From: Candidatus Hermodarchaeota archaeon
GTDB taxonomy: Archaea > Asgardarchaeota > Lokiarchaeia > Sigyniarchaeales > SOKP01
DNA length: 25,537 bases
Assembly (NCBI GenBank): GCA_048885525.1
Contig: JBHLLP010000050.1
Span: 1-25,537 of the forward strand
Reading direction: 5' to 3'
Each line of letters opens with the position of its first letter. Positions within the stretch are counted from its first letter, which is position 1. Both the position numbers and the translations under genes were made by a program. Below are positions 7,211-15,923 of this stretch, piece after piece. The notes below the pieces were generated by a model. The model searched no databases, was not told the origin of the DNA, and worked only from the letters and a program-made list of their open reading frames with translations.

Positions 7211-8821
7211 ATGAGTTTTACCTTTTATAATAAACTTAAAGATGTTCATGAGATGGAGTACAAGAAATTAGTTATTACAGGCGCTAATGGGTATTTAGGA
7301 AAGCATTCAATAACTTCAGCGATTCAAAAAGGTTGGGAGGTGGTTGGTATTGTACGACGAGAGGATGCGGCTAAAGAAGTAGAAGCTCTTGGTGCTAAAG
7401 CTGTAATTATTAAAGATTTTAATCTTGATTCTTTAAAAAAAGTTCTTGCTGGTTGTAAAGCACTCCTTCATTTTAGAGCTGTGGTGTGTGGGTCTGAAGA
7501 TCTTTTTAAAAAGATTAATGTTGAAGGAATGAGTATTTTAATTGAGGCTGCTCTCGAAGCAAAAGTTTCTAGAATAATCTTTCCTTCAGGTTTAGGAGTT
7601 GATAGATATGGAATAGAAGAATGGGCTAATAATGCTTATTTCTACTCAAAGCATGAAGCTGAGAACATTCTTAAAAATGGAAATATTCCTTATGTAATTT
7701 TTAGACCTTCTTATATATTAGGTCCTAATGATGAACTAATACCAGACATGATAGACCAAATTGGAAGGGGAATTGTCCAAGTTGTTGGAAATGGCAAAAT
7801 ACCTATGCAGCCTGTATTTGTTAAGGATGCAGTGAACGCATTCTTAGCTGCTGCTGATGGAGGGGGGAGAAATAATCAAATTTTCGATCTGGTTGGTCCT
7901 GAAATTATGAATATGCTTCAATTAATTGAAATGGTTGTTAAGAATATGATAGAATTAGGTTTCAATATTCCTCAACCACGAATCAACAATATAAGTTTTG
8001 AAGAAGCTCCAGAACGTCTAGGAATTTGCAAAGAAATGATTGATGTAATGAGATGCGATCTTACCTCAAATGGCAATATTGCTTCCAAAGCATTAGGATA
8101 TAAATTATCGGATATAAATGCTGCAATAAAAGCAGCAATTGTAGCAAAAATGTTTCCCGAAACAAAAGAAAAAGGAGATAAAGCTATTATTTTATTATCT
8201 GGTGGAATTGATTCTGCTGTTGCACTTTATTGGGCATACCATAAAGGTTATGGCTTAATTGCAATTTCATTTGATTATCATCTACGACCAGAAAATGAAA
8301 AAAAAGCAGCCTTAAAATTAGCAGAAAGTCTCAATATTAAAGTTATAGAAATTCCAATACCTTTTATTAAGGAATCAATAGACTTACGAATAGAAGGATT
8401 TCCTATACCGAGTGCTGTTCACGCTCCTGAAGGATTTATTCCCTCTCGTAACCTTGTTTTTTATTCTATTGCATCTTATTATGCTGAAGTTTTTGGATGC
8501 AAAGTTATAATAGGTGGGCATATATCAGTTGACCCTCAAAATTTTCCAGATGCAGATCCACATTTCTTCAATTCTCTTGAGGCACTTATCAATAAAGGAA
8601 AACATAGTAAAGATAAGAATGTGATAAAATTCCTATTTCCATTAGCAAAAGAGACTAAATTGGATGTAATAAAGTTAGCAAAAAAACTAAAGGTTCCTTT
8701 AGAATGGACTTGGAGCTGTTATAGTGATGGAAATGAACCATGTGGAAAATGTATCTCTTGTAGAAAAAGGGAAGAAGCTTTTATTAGATTAAATTATTCT
8801 GATCCAAAATTTATCTTATAA
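7211..8821 (+). CDS. queC: Fusion: N-terminal atypical/extended SDR (NAD(P)-binding epimerase-like) + C-terminal QueC (7-cyano-7-deazaguanine synthase-like)
   Basis: N-domain: TGANGYLG, YFYSK (YxxxK), FRPSYILG. C-domain: LLSGGIDS PP-loop, IPSRNLVF, FPDA, WSCY...PCGKCISC Zn site. One continuous frame. True start may be the ATG at 7253. Confidence 0.85.
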   Translation: MSFTFYNKLKDVHEMEYKKLVITGANGYLGKHSITSAIQKGWEVVGIVRREDAAKEVEALGAKAVIIKDFNLDSLKKVLAGCKALLHFRAVVCGSEDLFKKINVEGMSILIEAALEAKVSRIIFPSGLGVDRYGIEEWANNAYFYSKHEAENILKNGNIPYVIFRPSYILGPNDELIPDMIDQIGRGIVQVVGNGKIPMQPVFVKDAVNAFLAAADGGGRNNQIFDLVGPEIMNMLQLIEMVVKNMIELGFNIPQPRINNISFEEAPERLGICKEMIDVMRCDLTSNGNIASKALGYKLSDINAAIKAAIVAKMFPETKEKGDKAIILLSGGIDSAVALYWAYHKGYGLIAISFDYHLRPENEKKAALKLAESLNIKVIEIPIPFIKESIDLRIEGFPIPSAVHAPEGFIPSRNLVFYSIASYYAEVFGCKVIIGGHISVDPQNFPDADPHFFNSLEALINKGKHSKDKNVIKFLFPLAKETKLDVIKLAKKLKVPLEWTWSCYSDGNEPCGKCISCRKREEAFIRLNYSDPKFIL

Positions 8822-8913
8822 TTATTTCTTTATATTTTAGAAGGAAAGTTATTAAAACCAAAAATACTATGATATAAATAAAGAATTCAATAATGCAAAT
8901 ATAATCAAATCTT

Positions 8914-9567
8914 ATGATTCATTCTGAAGAACTTAGTTTAAAGGAAGAGGAACAAGAGATTGTCATTATTTGCCCTACATGCAAAACAAAAAAAGAATTG
9001 AAAATACCAACTAAAATTATTAATCAAGCTAAACAATTAACCACTGTTTCTATTCCTTCAGGGACAGTATGTGAACATGGTTTTCAATCTTTTGTAGATA
9101 AAAATTTCAAAGTCCGTGGATATCAAAAAGTAGACTTTGAATTCTCTCATATGGAATTTTTTGAAAGTGGTGGTGAGGTAGCAGAACCGGATGATCATAC
9201 ATCTAGCCTTAGTTCACAGCAATTGTTTCAAGATATTATAAACCTATTAAGAAGTTATATTGATGATAAGGAAATCCTCGGTAGCGGGATGTTTACTGAA
9301 GATGGACATATTTTATATAGTTCTTTACCAAGTAATACACTTTTTTCTATCGCAAAAGAGTTTGAAGTTCGAAGTGAGAAAAAATTAAGTAATTTAAAGA
9401 AAATGTATCTTGAGTTAGAAAACAATCAAAAAATATGTACTAATTATATTGAAATACAAGGTATGAGGTTCGCTCTCGTACTCTTTTTCTCCCATACAGT
9501 CAAACTTGGGATGGGCAATCTATATCTTAACGATTTGGTAAAAAAAATAAGAAATTTAGAAAGTTAG
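8914..9567 (+). CDS. Zn-knuckle (CPxC...CxH) + Roadblock/LC7-like domain protein
   Basis: CPTC...VCEHGFQSFVDKNFKVRGYQ N-domain; C-domain has a helix-b-b-helix-b-b-b-helix pattern (ILGSGMFTEDGHILYSSL ... ALVLFF..TVKLGMGNLYLNDLVKKI) like Roadblock/MglB. Confidence 0.6.
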   Translation: MIHSEELSLKEEEQEIVIICPTCKTKKELKIPTKIINQAKQLTTVSIPSGTVCEHGFQSFVDKNFKVRGYQKVDFEFSHMEFFESGGEVAEPDDHTSSLSSQQLFQDIINLLRSYIDDKEILGSGMFTEDGHILYSSLPSNTLFSIAKEFEVRSEKKLSNLKKMYLELENNQKICTNYIEIQGMRFALVLFFSHTVKLGMGNLYLNDLVKKIRNLES

Positions 9568-9672
9568 AGAATTTTAATGTATTTCTATTCTTTAATTATT
9601 TATAAATAGTTATAAATATGGCTTTAATTATGTGCTTTATCAGAGTACAAATTTAAACATCAAAACTAGAAA

Positions 9673-10509
9673 ATGGACATCCATAAGATAAAAACTAAAA
9701 TGTTACAAGATTTAAAAGAGCAAATTCCAGAGCTTTTAACAGATCAAATTCAAATTTCAGAAATACCGAGTAAAAAAAATTCTGTTATTTTATTAAGATT
9801 TGATAAAAAACCTTCCAAATTACCACAAGAATTCATAGTTAAAATTTTTAGAACTGAAAATATCGCTAATGAGATTAACATCCTTAATAGACTAAAAAAT
9901 CAAAAATTTAATGTTCCAAGCATTTTATTTTATCATACTCCTTATTTATTCCTCGAAAAAGTTGATGGTATAAATTTATGTGATTTTATTAATGAAAGAT
10001 TAAAAGGAACAGAGAAGTTAGATGATTTGGGTTCTGAAACAAGAACTCAAATTGTGAAGAGCGTACAAAGACTTGCCGAATTTATCGCCCAATTCCATGA
10101 AAAAAATTTTGTAAGAAAAATAAGTAAAACAAAAAGGAAATATGTTCTTTGTAAAGGCGACACACGGCTAAGAGATTTCATTTATGATGATGTGAACGAC
10201 GTTCTATATGCAGTAGATTTTGAGGAAGCTTTCGAGGGTAATCATATTGAGGATTTAGCTTGGATCTGTACTTCTCTTCTCGATACAGACCCAGGAATAT
10301 TTGAAATGGAAGAACCAAAACATAAGACAGAACTTATAAATATCTTTCTAAGAAGATATTACCAAAAAAATCAAAAATTTCCATTTGACTTCAACTATTT
10401 GGCTGAAAAAATAATTGATGATTTAAATATAGTTATAGAAAGGAGAAATCTTCCTTATGGCACAATTAGCAAGAATCTTTTTCTAGAAGATATTAGCAAA
10501 GAAATGTAG
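9673..10509 (+). CDS. Protein-kinase-like fold phosphotransferase (APH/RIO/Bud32-like)
   Basis: FIVKIF (beta3 Lys), NEINIL (alphaC Glu), LFLEKVDG hinge, KGDTRLRDF catalytic loop, AVDFEEA metal-binding loop, EDLAW. Confidence 0.75.
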   Translation: MDIHKIKTKMLQDLKEQIPELLTDQIQISEIPSKKNSVILLRFDKKPSKLPQEFIVKIFRTENIANEINILNRLKNQKFNVPSILFYHTPYLFLEKVDGINLCDFINERLKGTEKLDDLGSETRTQIVKSVQRLAEFIAQFHEKNFVRKISKTKRKYVLCKGDTRLRDFIYDDVNDVLYAVDFEEAFEGNHIEDLAWICTSLLDTDPGIFEMEEPKHKTELINIFLRRYYQKNQKFPFDFNYLAEKIIDDLNIVIERRNLPYGTISKNLFLEDISKEM

Positions 10510-10709
10510 GTATATCTTCCTATACTGAAAAATAAAATTTAAGGAAAGGAGCAGATTTTAACTTAAATTCTATTAAAATCACCAAAATCACTATTAATCC
10601 GAATATGAATCTGTGGATTTCATTAATATAGGATTAGGATAATTAGTAGAATTATTTAATTCTAACATACAAAATTGAATAAAATTTAAAAATAAAATAG
10701 AGGATTAAA

Positions 10710-11138
10710 ATGATTTTTCAACTAATAGAAGCATTAATGGTTACTCTTATTGTATTAATTGTAGTTGCGGTTCTAATGTTTCTTATTGGTGTTTTTGTCA
10801 CTAAATGGTATGCTGGTAGGAAGGGTTGGGACGAAACGTTTAAAACCGCTCTTATTGTAAATCTTGTGTGGTTTGTACTAGGAATAATAATAAGTTTAAT
10901 ATTTTCTTTTGCTATGCCAGGACTTCAATCATGGATAATTGATATTATAGAGCTTATTATAAACATAATTATTGGTGCAATTGTTGTTATGAAGATTTAC
11001 AATAAGGAATTTGGCGAATCCTTGCTATTTGTTATTGTAATCCAGATAATCTTATTCATAATTGCTATTATCCTTGGTTTTATATTGGGATTTATTATTG
11101 CAATGATAATCTTAGGCTCTTTTACCCTCGGATTCTGA
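10710..11138 (+). CDS. Hypothetical integral membrane protein (4 TM)
   Basis: Four long hydrophobic segments separated by short charged loops; GAGGA upstream of the ATG. Confidence 0.75.
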   Translation: MIFQLIEALMVTLIVLIVVAVLMFLIGVFVTKWYAGRKGWDETFKTALIVNLVWFVLGIIISLIFSFAMPGLQSWIIDIIELIINIIIGAIVVMKIYNKEFGESLLFVIVIQIILFIIAIILGFILGFIIAMIILGSFTLGF

Positions 11139-11155
11139 TTCTGAATAATTCAAAA

Positions 11156-11177
11156 TTTTTCCCTTTTTTTTTATTTT
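11156..11177 (+). terminator. Oligo-T archaeal-type terminator candidate
   Basis: T5-CCC-T9-ATTTT shortly after the stop at 11138. Confidence 0.4.
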
Positions 11178-11397
11178 ATCATTTCTTTATTCAAAAAAAT
11201 AACAAAACAACTCTATAAATTAATTACCAAAAATTTCAGGTTTAACTTAAGATATTTTTTTAAGGAGTTATCAGTGGTTTTAACAGATATTGCTAATTTA
11301 GACATTTTACGAACATACTAAAAATCAAAATTTAATAATAATTACCCCATTATTTTTACAAAATGTAAATAAAACTTTTTTTAAAGGAGTAATTAAT

Positions 11398-12144
11398 ATG
11401 ACTCTTACCGATACAAAATCATCATTAAAAAAAATACTTTCCATTATTGAAGAGCTTAATGGATTAAATTCAAATTCAATACCTAAATTACAGACGCAAC
11501 CCAATAATCTACTCGAACAAATTGGAAAACTTGAAGAAGCTAAAACTAATGATTTAAAAATTATTGAATCTAATGATGATGAAATCAATTCTTTAAAAAA
11601 TAAAATTTCTCAGAATCAACGGGATATTACCTCATTAGAAGAAAGTAATGTTGAGCAGAATAATCAGCGGGAAATTCTTCTTAGCAAAATTCAAGATGCA
11701 CAAAATGAATTAAATGAAACCCAAGCAAAAATTATAGCGCGAAGGGAGGAATTAGCAACTCGTAGTAATCGTTTAGATCAGCTAGAGAATAGAATTGTTG
11801 AGTTAAAAGACATTCAAGAGAAATTCGATAATAAAATGAAAGAATTTGAAACTCAACTTCAAGAAGCATATAATAAAAAAGAAAAGTTTAGTAATTCATA
11901 CGCAATGCGAACAGCTGCAATGAAGTCTTTGATTAAAGCTGGGTATATACAATCTGCCCAATTAAAACTTATACAAGCATTACAGCCAAATACTACTCTT
12001 GAACTAAAAGCTATAGTTCAAGCTATGGGTTTAAGGGAAGATGTGGCTAAAGATATACTCACAAAAATGGTTCAAAAAAATTGCCCAATTGAATATGATG
12101 AGGGAAGAGGTACAGTAACATTAAAAGAGGAGGTGGATTTCTAA
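11398..12144 (+). CDS. Long coiled-coil protein with C-terminal winged-helix domain (A)
   Basis: About 150 aa of heptad-like E/K/Q/N/L sequence, then QLKLIQALQPNTTLELKAIVQAMGLREDVAKDILTKMVQKNCPIEYDEGRGTVTL (HTH plus beta-wing). AAGGAG RBS. No Walker A motif. Confidence 0.75.
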   Translation: MTLTDTKSSLKKILSIIEELNGLNSNSIPKLQTQPNNLLEQIGKLEEAKTNDLKIIESNDDEINSLKNKISQNQRDITSLEESNVEQNNQREILLSKIQDAQNELNETQAKIIARREELATRSNRLDQLENRIVELKDIQEKFDNKMKEFETQLQEAYNKKEKFSNSYAMRTAAMKSLIKAGYIQSAQLKLIQALQPNTTLELKAIVQAMGLREDVAKDILTKMVQKNCPIEYDEGRGTVTLKEEVDF

Positions 12145-12872
12145 TGAGTTCACAAGATATTTTAGCATTAATCGAACAATTTGAAACCGCTTATGATACT
12201 TACTGGCAAGTTCTCCAAAAACATAATGAGGAAGTGCTTTCTCGATTAAGAGAAGCATGGCGTTATATGCAAACTGAACAAAAGGAAGAAGAAAGCATAA
12301 AAGAAAAATTATCAACTCAAAATTCAGAATTAACTGAATTAAGAACAAAGTCAGAAGAATTAGATAAAACTATAGAAGGATTAAAAACAAAAAAGGATGA
12401 ATTAGCTTCGAAGATTTCTGAGCTAACAAATAATTTGGAAACCAATGTCAACGATTTAAAAAAACCTGCATTTGAACTTGCTCAACTTGAAGACAAACTT
12501 AATGCTGTAAATGAAAAAATCACTGCTAAAGAAGAAGAGAAAACATCATTAGATCAAAAAACAGTTGAAGATGAAAATCGAGAAGTAGAGTTAAAAAATA
12601 CCTTTCAGAAAAAGATGGATGAGTTAGAATCTAAAATTAATCAAATGAGACAAAAAAATTTCTTTACATCATTCTTGATTGAAAATTCTGACGAAGAGAT
12701 TCATGAAGTTGATATTATTGCGACTATTATGGATAAGGGAGAAGCAAAATTAGACGATCTAAAGAAACTTCTCGATGTTCCACCAATAATGGCAGTTAGA
12801 ACCATCAAACAACTAGCAGTTAAGGGAATTCTTAACCTTGATGAGAATAGTGGAAAAGTATCTTTACCTTAA
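12144..12872 (+). CDS. Long coiled-coil protein with C-terminal winged-helix domain (B)
   Basis: Heptad-like body, then EVDIIATIMDKGEAKLDDLKKLLDVPPIMAVRTIKQLAVKGILNLDENSGKVSLP. TAATG stop/start overlap with gene A; GAGGAGGTGG RBS inside gene A. Confidence 0.75.
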   Translation: MSSQDILALIEQFETAYDTYWQVLQKHNEEVLSRLREAWRYMQTEQKEEESIKEKLSTQNSELTELRTKSEELDKTIEGLKTKKDELASKISELTNNLETNVNDLKKPAFELAQLEDKLNAVNEKITAKEEEKTSLDQKTVEDENREVELKNTFQKKMDELESKINQMRQKNFFTSFLIENSDEEIHEVDIIATIMDKGEAKLDDLKKLLDVPPIMAVRTIKQLAVKGILNLDENSGKVSLP

Positions 12873-12879
12873 ACTGTGA

Positions 12880-12894
12880 TTTTTTTTTATTTTT
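12880..12894 (+). terminator. Oligo-T terminator candidate
   Basis: T9-A-T5 beginning 8 nt after the stop at 12872. Confidence 0.45.
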
Positions 12895-13010
12895 AAATTT
12901 TATTTTAAAAATATCATGAATTTCCAATTACAAAGATCTTAAATATTTTGATATTTATTTTTTAAAGTATCATATTGAATTTTTAATATGATAATTGAGG
13001 TAAGAAATTC

Positions 13011-13907
13011 ATGAAAGATTTTAGGGATAAAGTAGCCGTTATTACTGGTGGCGCAAGTGGGATTGGTCTTGGAATTGCAAAAAGAGCAATCAAGGAAGGG
13101 ATGAAAGTTGTTATTGCCGATATTGAGGAACAAGCATTAGCATCAGCAGAAGACATTTTAAAGAAATCTGGAGGTAGCGTTTTTGCTGTGCTTACAGACG
13201 TTTCAAAAGCAGATCATATTGAAAGATTAGCTCAGAAGACACTAGATACTTTTGGTAAAGTGCACTTACTTTGTAATAATGCAGGGGTTGGTGCAGGGGG
13301 AATTCTTTGGGAGACTCCATTAGCTGAATGGGAATGGATTATGAATGTAAATTTGTGGGGTGTCATCCATGGGATTCGAATATTCGTTCCCATCATGCTT
13401 AAACAAGATGAAGACTGCCATATCGTCAATACAGCCTCTTTAGCAGGTTTGGCTACATCTGGTTATGAAGGTGTTTATACAATGACTAAACATGGAGTAG
13501 TAGCTCTTTCTGAGCAATTATCTAACGAACTCAGTGCTTTTAATTCAAAAATTAAGGTGTCAGTTCTCTGTCCTGGTTTTGTAAAAACAAATATTTTAGA
13601 ATGCAAAAGAAATTGCCCCGAAGATGTGCCTAATCGTGATATTGATTATAAAACGGCTGTAGAAAATGTTCTTAAGAAACATCCTGAAGCTGCAGAACAT
13701 GCAAATATATTTATGGCTATGTGGGAAGCAGGAATGTCTCCTGATAAAGCCGGTGATATTGTGTTTGATGCAATTAAAGATGAGGCTCTTTATATTTTAA
13801 CTGATACGGGACTTGTGTTTAAGAATATGGTAAAGGAAAGAATGAATGGAATCATTGATGCATTCAAACAAAACAAGCATTATGGACGTACAATAATTGA
13901 AGGTTAG
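13011..13907 (+). CDS. Classical short-chain dehydrogenase/reductase
   Basis: TGGASGIG, ADIE, CNNAG, NTASLAG, YTMTK (YxxxK), CPGFVKT; GAGGT RBS. Confidence 0.93.
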   Translation: MKDFRDKVAVITGGASGIGLGIAKRAIKEGMKVVIADIEEQALASAEDILKKSGGSVFAVLTDVSKADHIERLAQKTLDTFGKVHLLCNNAGVGAGGILWETPLAEWEWIMNVNLWGVIHGIRIFVPIMLKQDEDCHIVNTASLAGLATSGYEGVYTMTKHGVVALSEQLSNELSAFNSKIKVSVLCPGFVKTNILECKRNCPEDVPNRDIDYKTAVENVLKKHPEAAEHANIFMAMWEAGMSPDKAGDIVFDAIKDEALYILTDTGLVFKNMVKERMNGIIDAFKQNKHYGRTIIEG

Positions 13908-13914
13908 TCAAAAA

Positions 13915-13955
13915 TTCTCTTTTTTTTACTTTTTCTTTATTCGGTTTATTTTTTT
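13915..13955 (+). terminator. Oligo-T terminator candidate
   Basis: Several T runs immediately after the SDR stop. Confidence 0.4.
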
Positions 13956-14043
13956 CTGCAAGCTTTAAATTAAAATAAATTAAAAAAAATTAATTGATTA
14001 ATTCCTTTTTTTTAAGATTCTTTATATTTTTTTAAACTTTAGG

Positions 14044-14067
14044 CGTTATGTCCCAGCGGTAATAACG
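14044..14067. promoter_or_regulatory. ModE-like operator upstream of tupA
   Basis: CGTTATGTCCCAGCGGTAATAACG = CGTTAT-N12-ATAACG, the dyad and spacing of the ModE box; 63 nt before the tupA ATG. Confidence 0.65.
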
Positions 14068-14130
14068 TTTAAATTTGAAGATGTTTTTGAATAAGTATCA
14101 GATTTACATATAAAAATTGATTGAAATATT

Positions 14131-15165
14131 ATGTCTACGACAAATTCGTTAAAAGCAAAATTAAGTGAGCATAAGACAGCTGTTATATTAGCAGTGATAA
14201 TTATTGCAGGAGGTTCAATTGGTGCATATTTCGTGATTGACTATTTGAATGCTCAAAATCCAGAAAAAATAACATTAGCAACAACAACTTCTACATATGA
14301 TTCAGGATTATTGGATTATTTGCTTCCAAAATTTACTGAACAAACTGGAATTCAAATTAAAGTGCTATCAGTCGGTACAGGTACTGCAATACAATATGGG
14401 AAAGATGGGAATGTTGATGTAATTCTTGTTCATTCAAGATCGAGAGAAGATGATTTTGTCAATGCAAGTCTTGGTGTTGATGGGATTCCATATGGAATAC
14501 AACGCGCTTGTATCATGTTCAATGACTTTATAATCATTGGTCATTCTTCCAATCCAGCTAATCTTATTCCTGGTGATAACATAACAACTGCTATGACGAA
14601 ATTAAAAGATGCAATCGATACAGGTAATATGACTTTTTATTCAAGAGGAGATAATTCTGGGACTCATTCAAAAGAAAAAGAATTATGGGCTCAAATTGGT
14701 ATTGTAGCAGCTACAAGATGGAGTGCCCAACCAGATAAATACACAGAAACAGGACAAGGTATGGCAACGACTTTACTAATGACTTATGAAGATGTTGATG
14801 CAGCTCATGAGGGATATACTATTGTGGATAGAGGTACATGGCTTTCATTCAATGATACTTACACTTCTCTGAATATTTTGGCTGAACCTATTGTTGGTGA
14901 AGATTTTTTACTTAATCTTTATGGTGCCATACCAGTTAGTCCCATTTTACATCCCCATGTAAAATATCTATCTGCATGTAGATTTGTTGGTTTTTTAACA
15001 TCTCCTTATGGTCAAGCCTTAATTAATAAATATAAAAAAAATAATGCTGTTTTATTTCACGCAAATTTTGGAACATGTGATAATAGTACTAGTTGTACTA
15101 CTACTGAAAATGAAGTCGTAATGTGGGCTCCTTTTCAAGCAGAATTTGCAGGTTTAACAATCTGA
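14131..15165 (+). CDS. tupA: Tungstate ABC transporter substrate-binding protein
   Basis: LATTTSTYDSGLL (TupA TTTS signature), VGTGTA, DVILVH, SRGDNSGTHSKE, GQGM, YTIVDRGTW; N-terminal TM anchor. Confidence 0.92.
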   Translation: MSTTNSLKAKLSEHKTAVILAVIIIAGGSIGAYFVIDYLNAQNPEKITLATTTSTYDSGLLDYLLPKFTEQTGIQIKVLSVGTGTAIQYGKDGNVDVILVHSRSREDDFVNASLGVDGIPYGIQRACIMFNDFIIIGHSSNPANLIPGDNITTAMTKLKDAIDTGNMTFYSRGDNSGTHSKEKELWAQIGIVAATRWSAQPDKYTETGQGMATTLLMTYEDVDAAHEGYTIVDRGTWLSFNDTYTSLNILAEPIVGEDFLLNLYGAIPVSPILHPHVKYLSACRFVGFLTSPYGQALINKYKKNNAVLFHANFGTCDNSTSCTTTENEVVMWAPFQAEFAGLTI

Positions 15166-15227
15166 AAAAAATGTTAATTAATTATTTTTTTAAATTCAAA
15201 TCTAAAAAAGGAATTTAAGGTGGAATT

Positions 15228-15923
15228 ATGGCAAATGATATTTTAGAGGGAATTATAGAAGCGTTAAGGTTGATGTTTACTTTTGATCCTGAACTGTGGA
15301 GTGTAATTGGTACATCTTTCCGTGTATCATTGACTTCAACATTTTTAGCGGCTTTGGTGGCATTGCCAATCGGTTCATTCATAGGTTTAAGAGAATTTAG
15401 AGGAAAAAAGGGATTGACAAATCTAATCAACACATTTATGGGTTTTCCTCCTGTTGTCGCCGGTTTAATCGTATATTTACTACTTTCTCGAAATGGACCA
15501 TTTGGTGATTTAGGATTACTCTATTCAACAACTGCCATGATAATCGCTCAATTTCTTTTAGCAATTCCAATAATTATGGGTACGGCAAAAGCGGCTATTG
15601 AAAGTATTGATCCTGCTTTAAAAGAAACAATTCTTTCCCTAGGGGCAAATGAACGCCAATTATGGTGGGAATTAATAAAAAGCTCAAGGAAATCCATAAT
15701 TGCTGGATTTCTCGTAGCTTTTGGTCAGGCAATTTCAGAGGTGGGGGCTGTTATGATTGTGGGAGGTAATATTCGATGGGAAACAAGGACATTTACCACT
15801 TCTATTGTGCTTCAAACACGTATGGGAGAATTTGGGATGGCAATTGCTTTGGGGGTAATACTTATTTTAATAGCGTTTATTGTAAATTACGGAATGACTC
15901 GTCTACAATCTGGAGTTGAATAG
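15228..15923 (+). CDS. tupB: Tungstate ABC transporter permease
   Basis: MGFPPVVAGL, LLSRNGPFG, ISEVGAVMIVGGNI...TRTFTTSIVL; directly follows tupA. Confidence 0.92.
   Translation: MANDILEGIIEALRLMFTFDPELWSVIGTSFRVSLTSTFLAALVALPIGSFIGLREFRGKKGLTNLINTFMGFPPVVAGLIVYLLLSRNGPFGDLGLLYSTTAMIIAQFLLAIPIIMGTAKAAIESIDPALKETILSLGANERQLWWELIKSSRKSIIAGFLVAFGQAISEVGAVMIVGGNIRWETRTFTTSIVLQTRMGEFGMAIALGVILILIAFIVNYGMTRLQSGVE

Noticed and set aside
6575-8821. Dpd, QatABCD or type IV CBASS defence system
   Set aside because: No dpdA/TGT, qatA/B/D, CD-NTase or nuclease genes in the window.
10595-10636. Imperfect hairpin TAATCC...ATGAATC-TGTG-GATTTCAT...GGATTA as ncRNA
   Set aside because: Weak AT-rich pairing with bulges; cannot be told from chance.
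12127-12141. C-terminal EEVDF of coiled-coil protein A resembles the Hsp70/Hsp90 EEVD TPR-binding motif
   Set aside because: The codons GAG GAG GTG GAT form the ribosome-binding site of the overlapping next gene, and the motif is not terminal (extra Phe).
11398-12872. SMC/Rad50 call for the coiled-coil proteins
   Set aside because: Too short, with no Walker A/B, signature motif, hinge or zinc hook.
13908-14130. Moco/Wco riboswitch upstream of tupA (or moaC)
   Set aside because: Leaders are short and AT-rich without a multi-stem structure; a DNA dyad explains the signal better.
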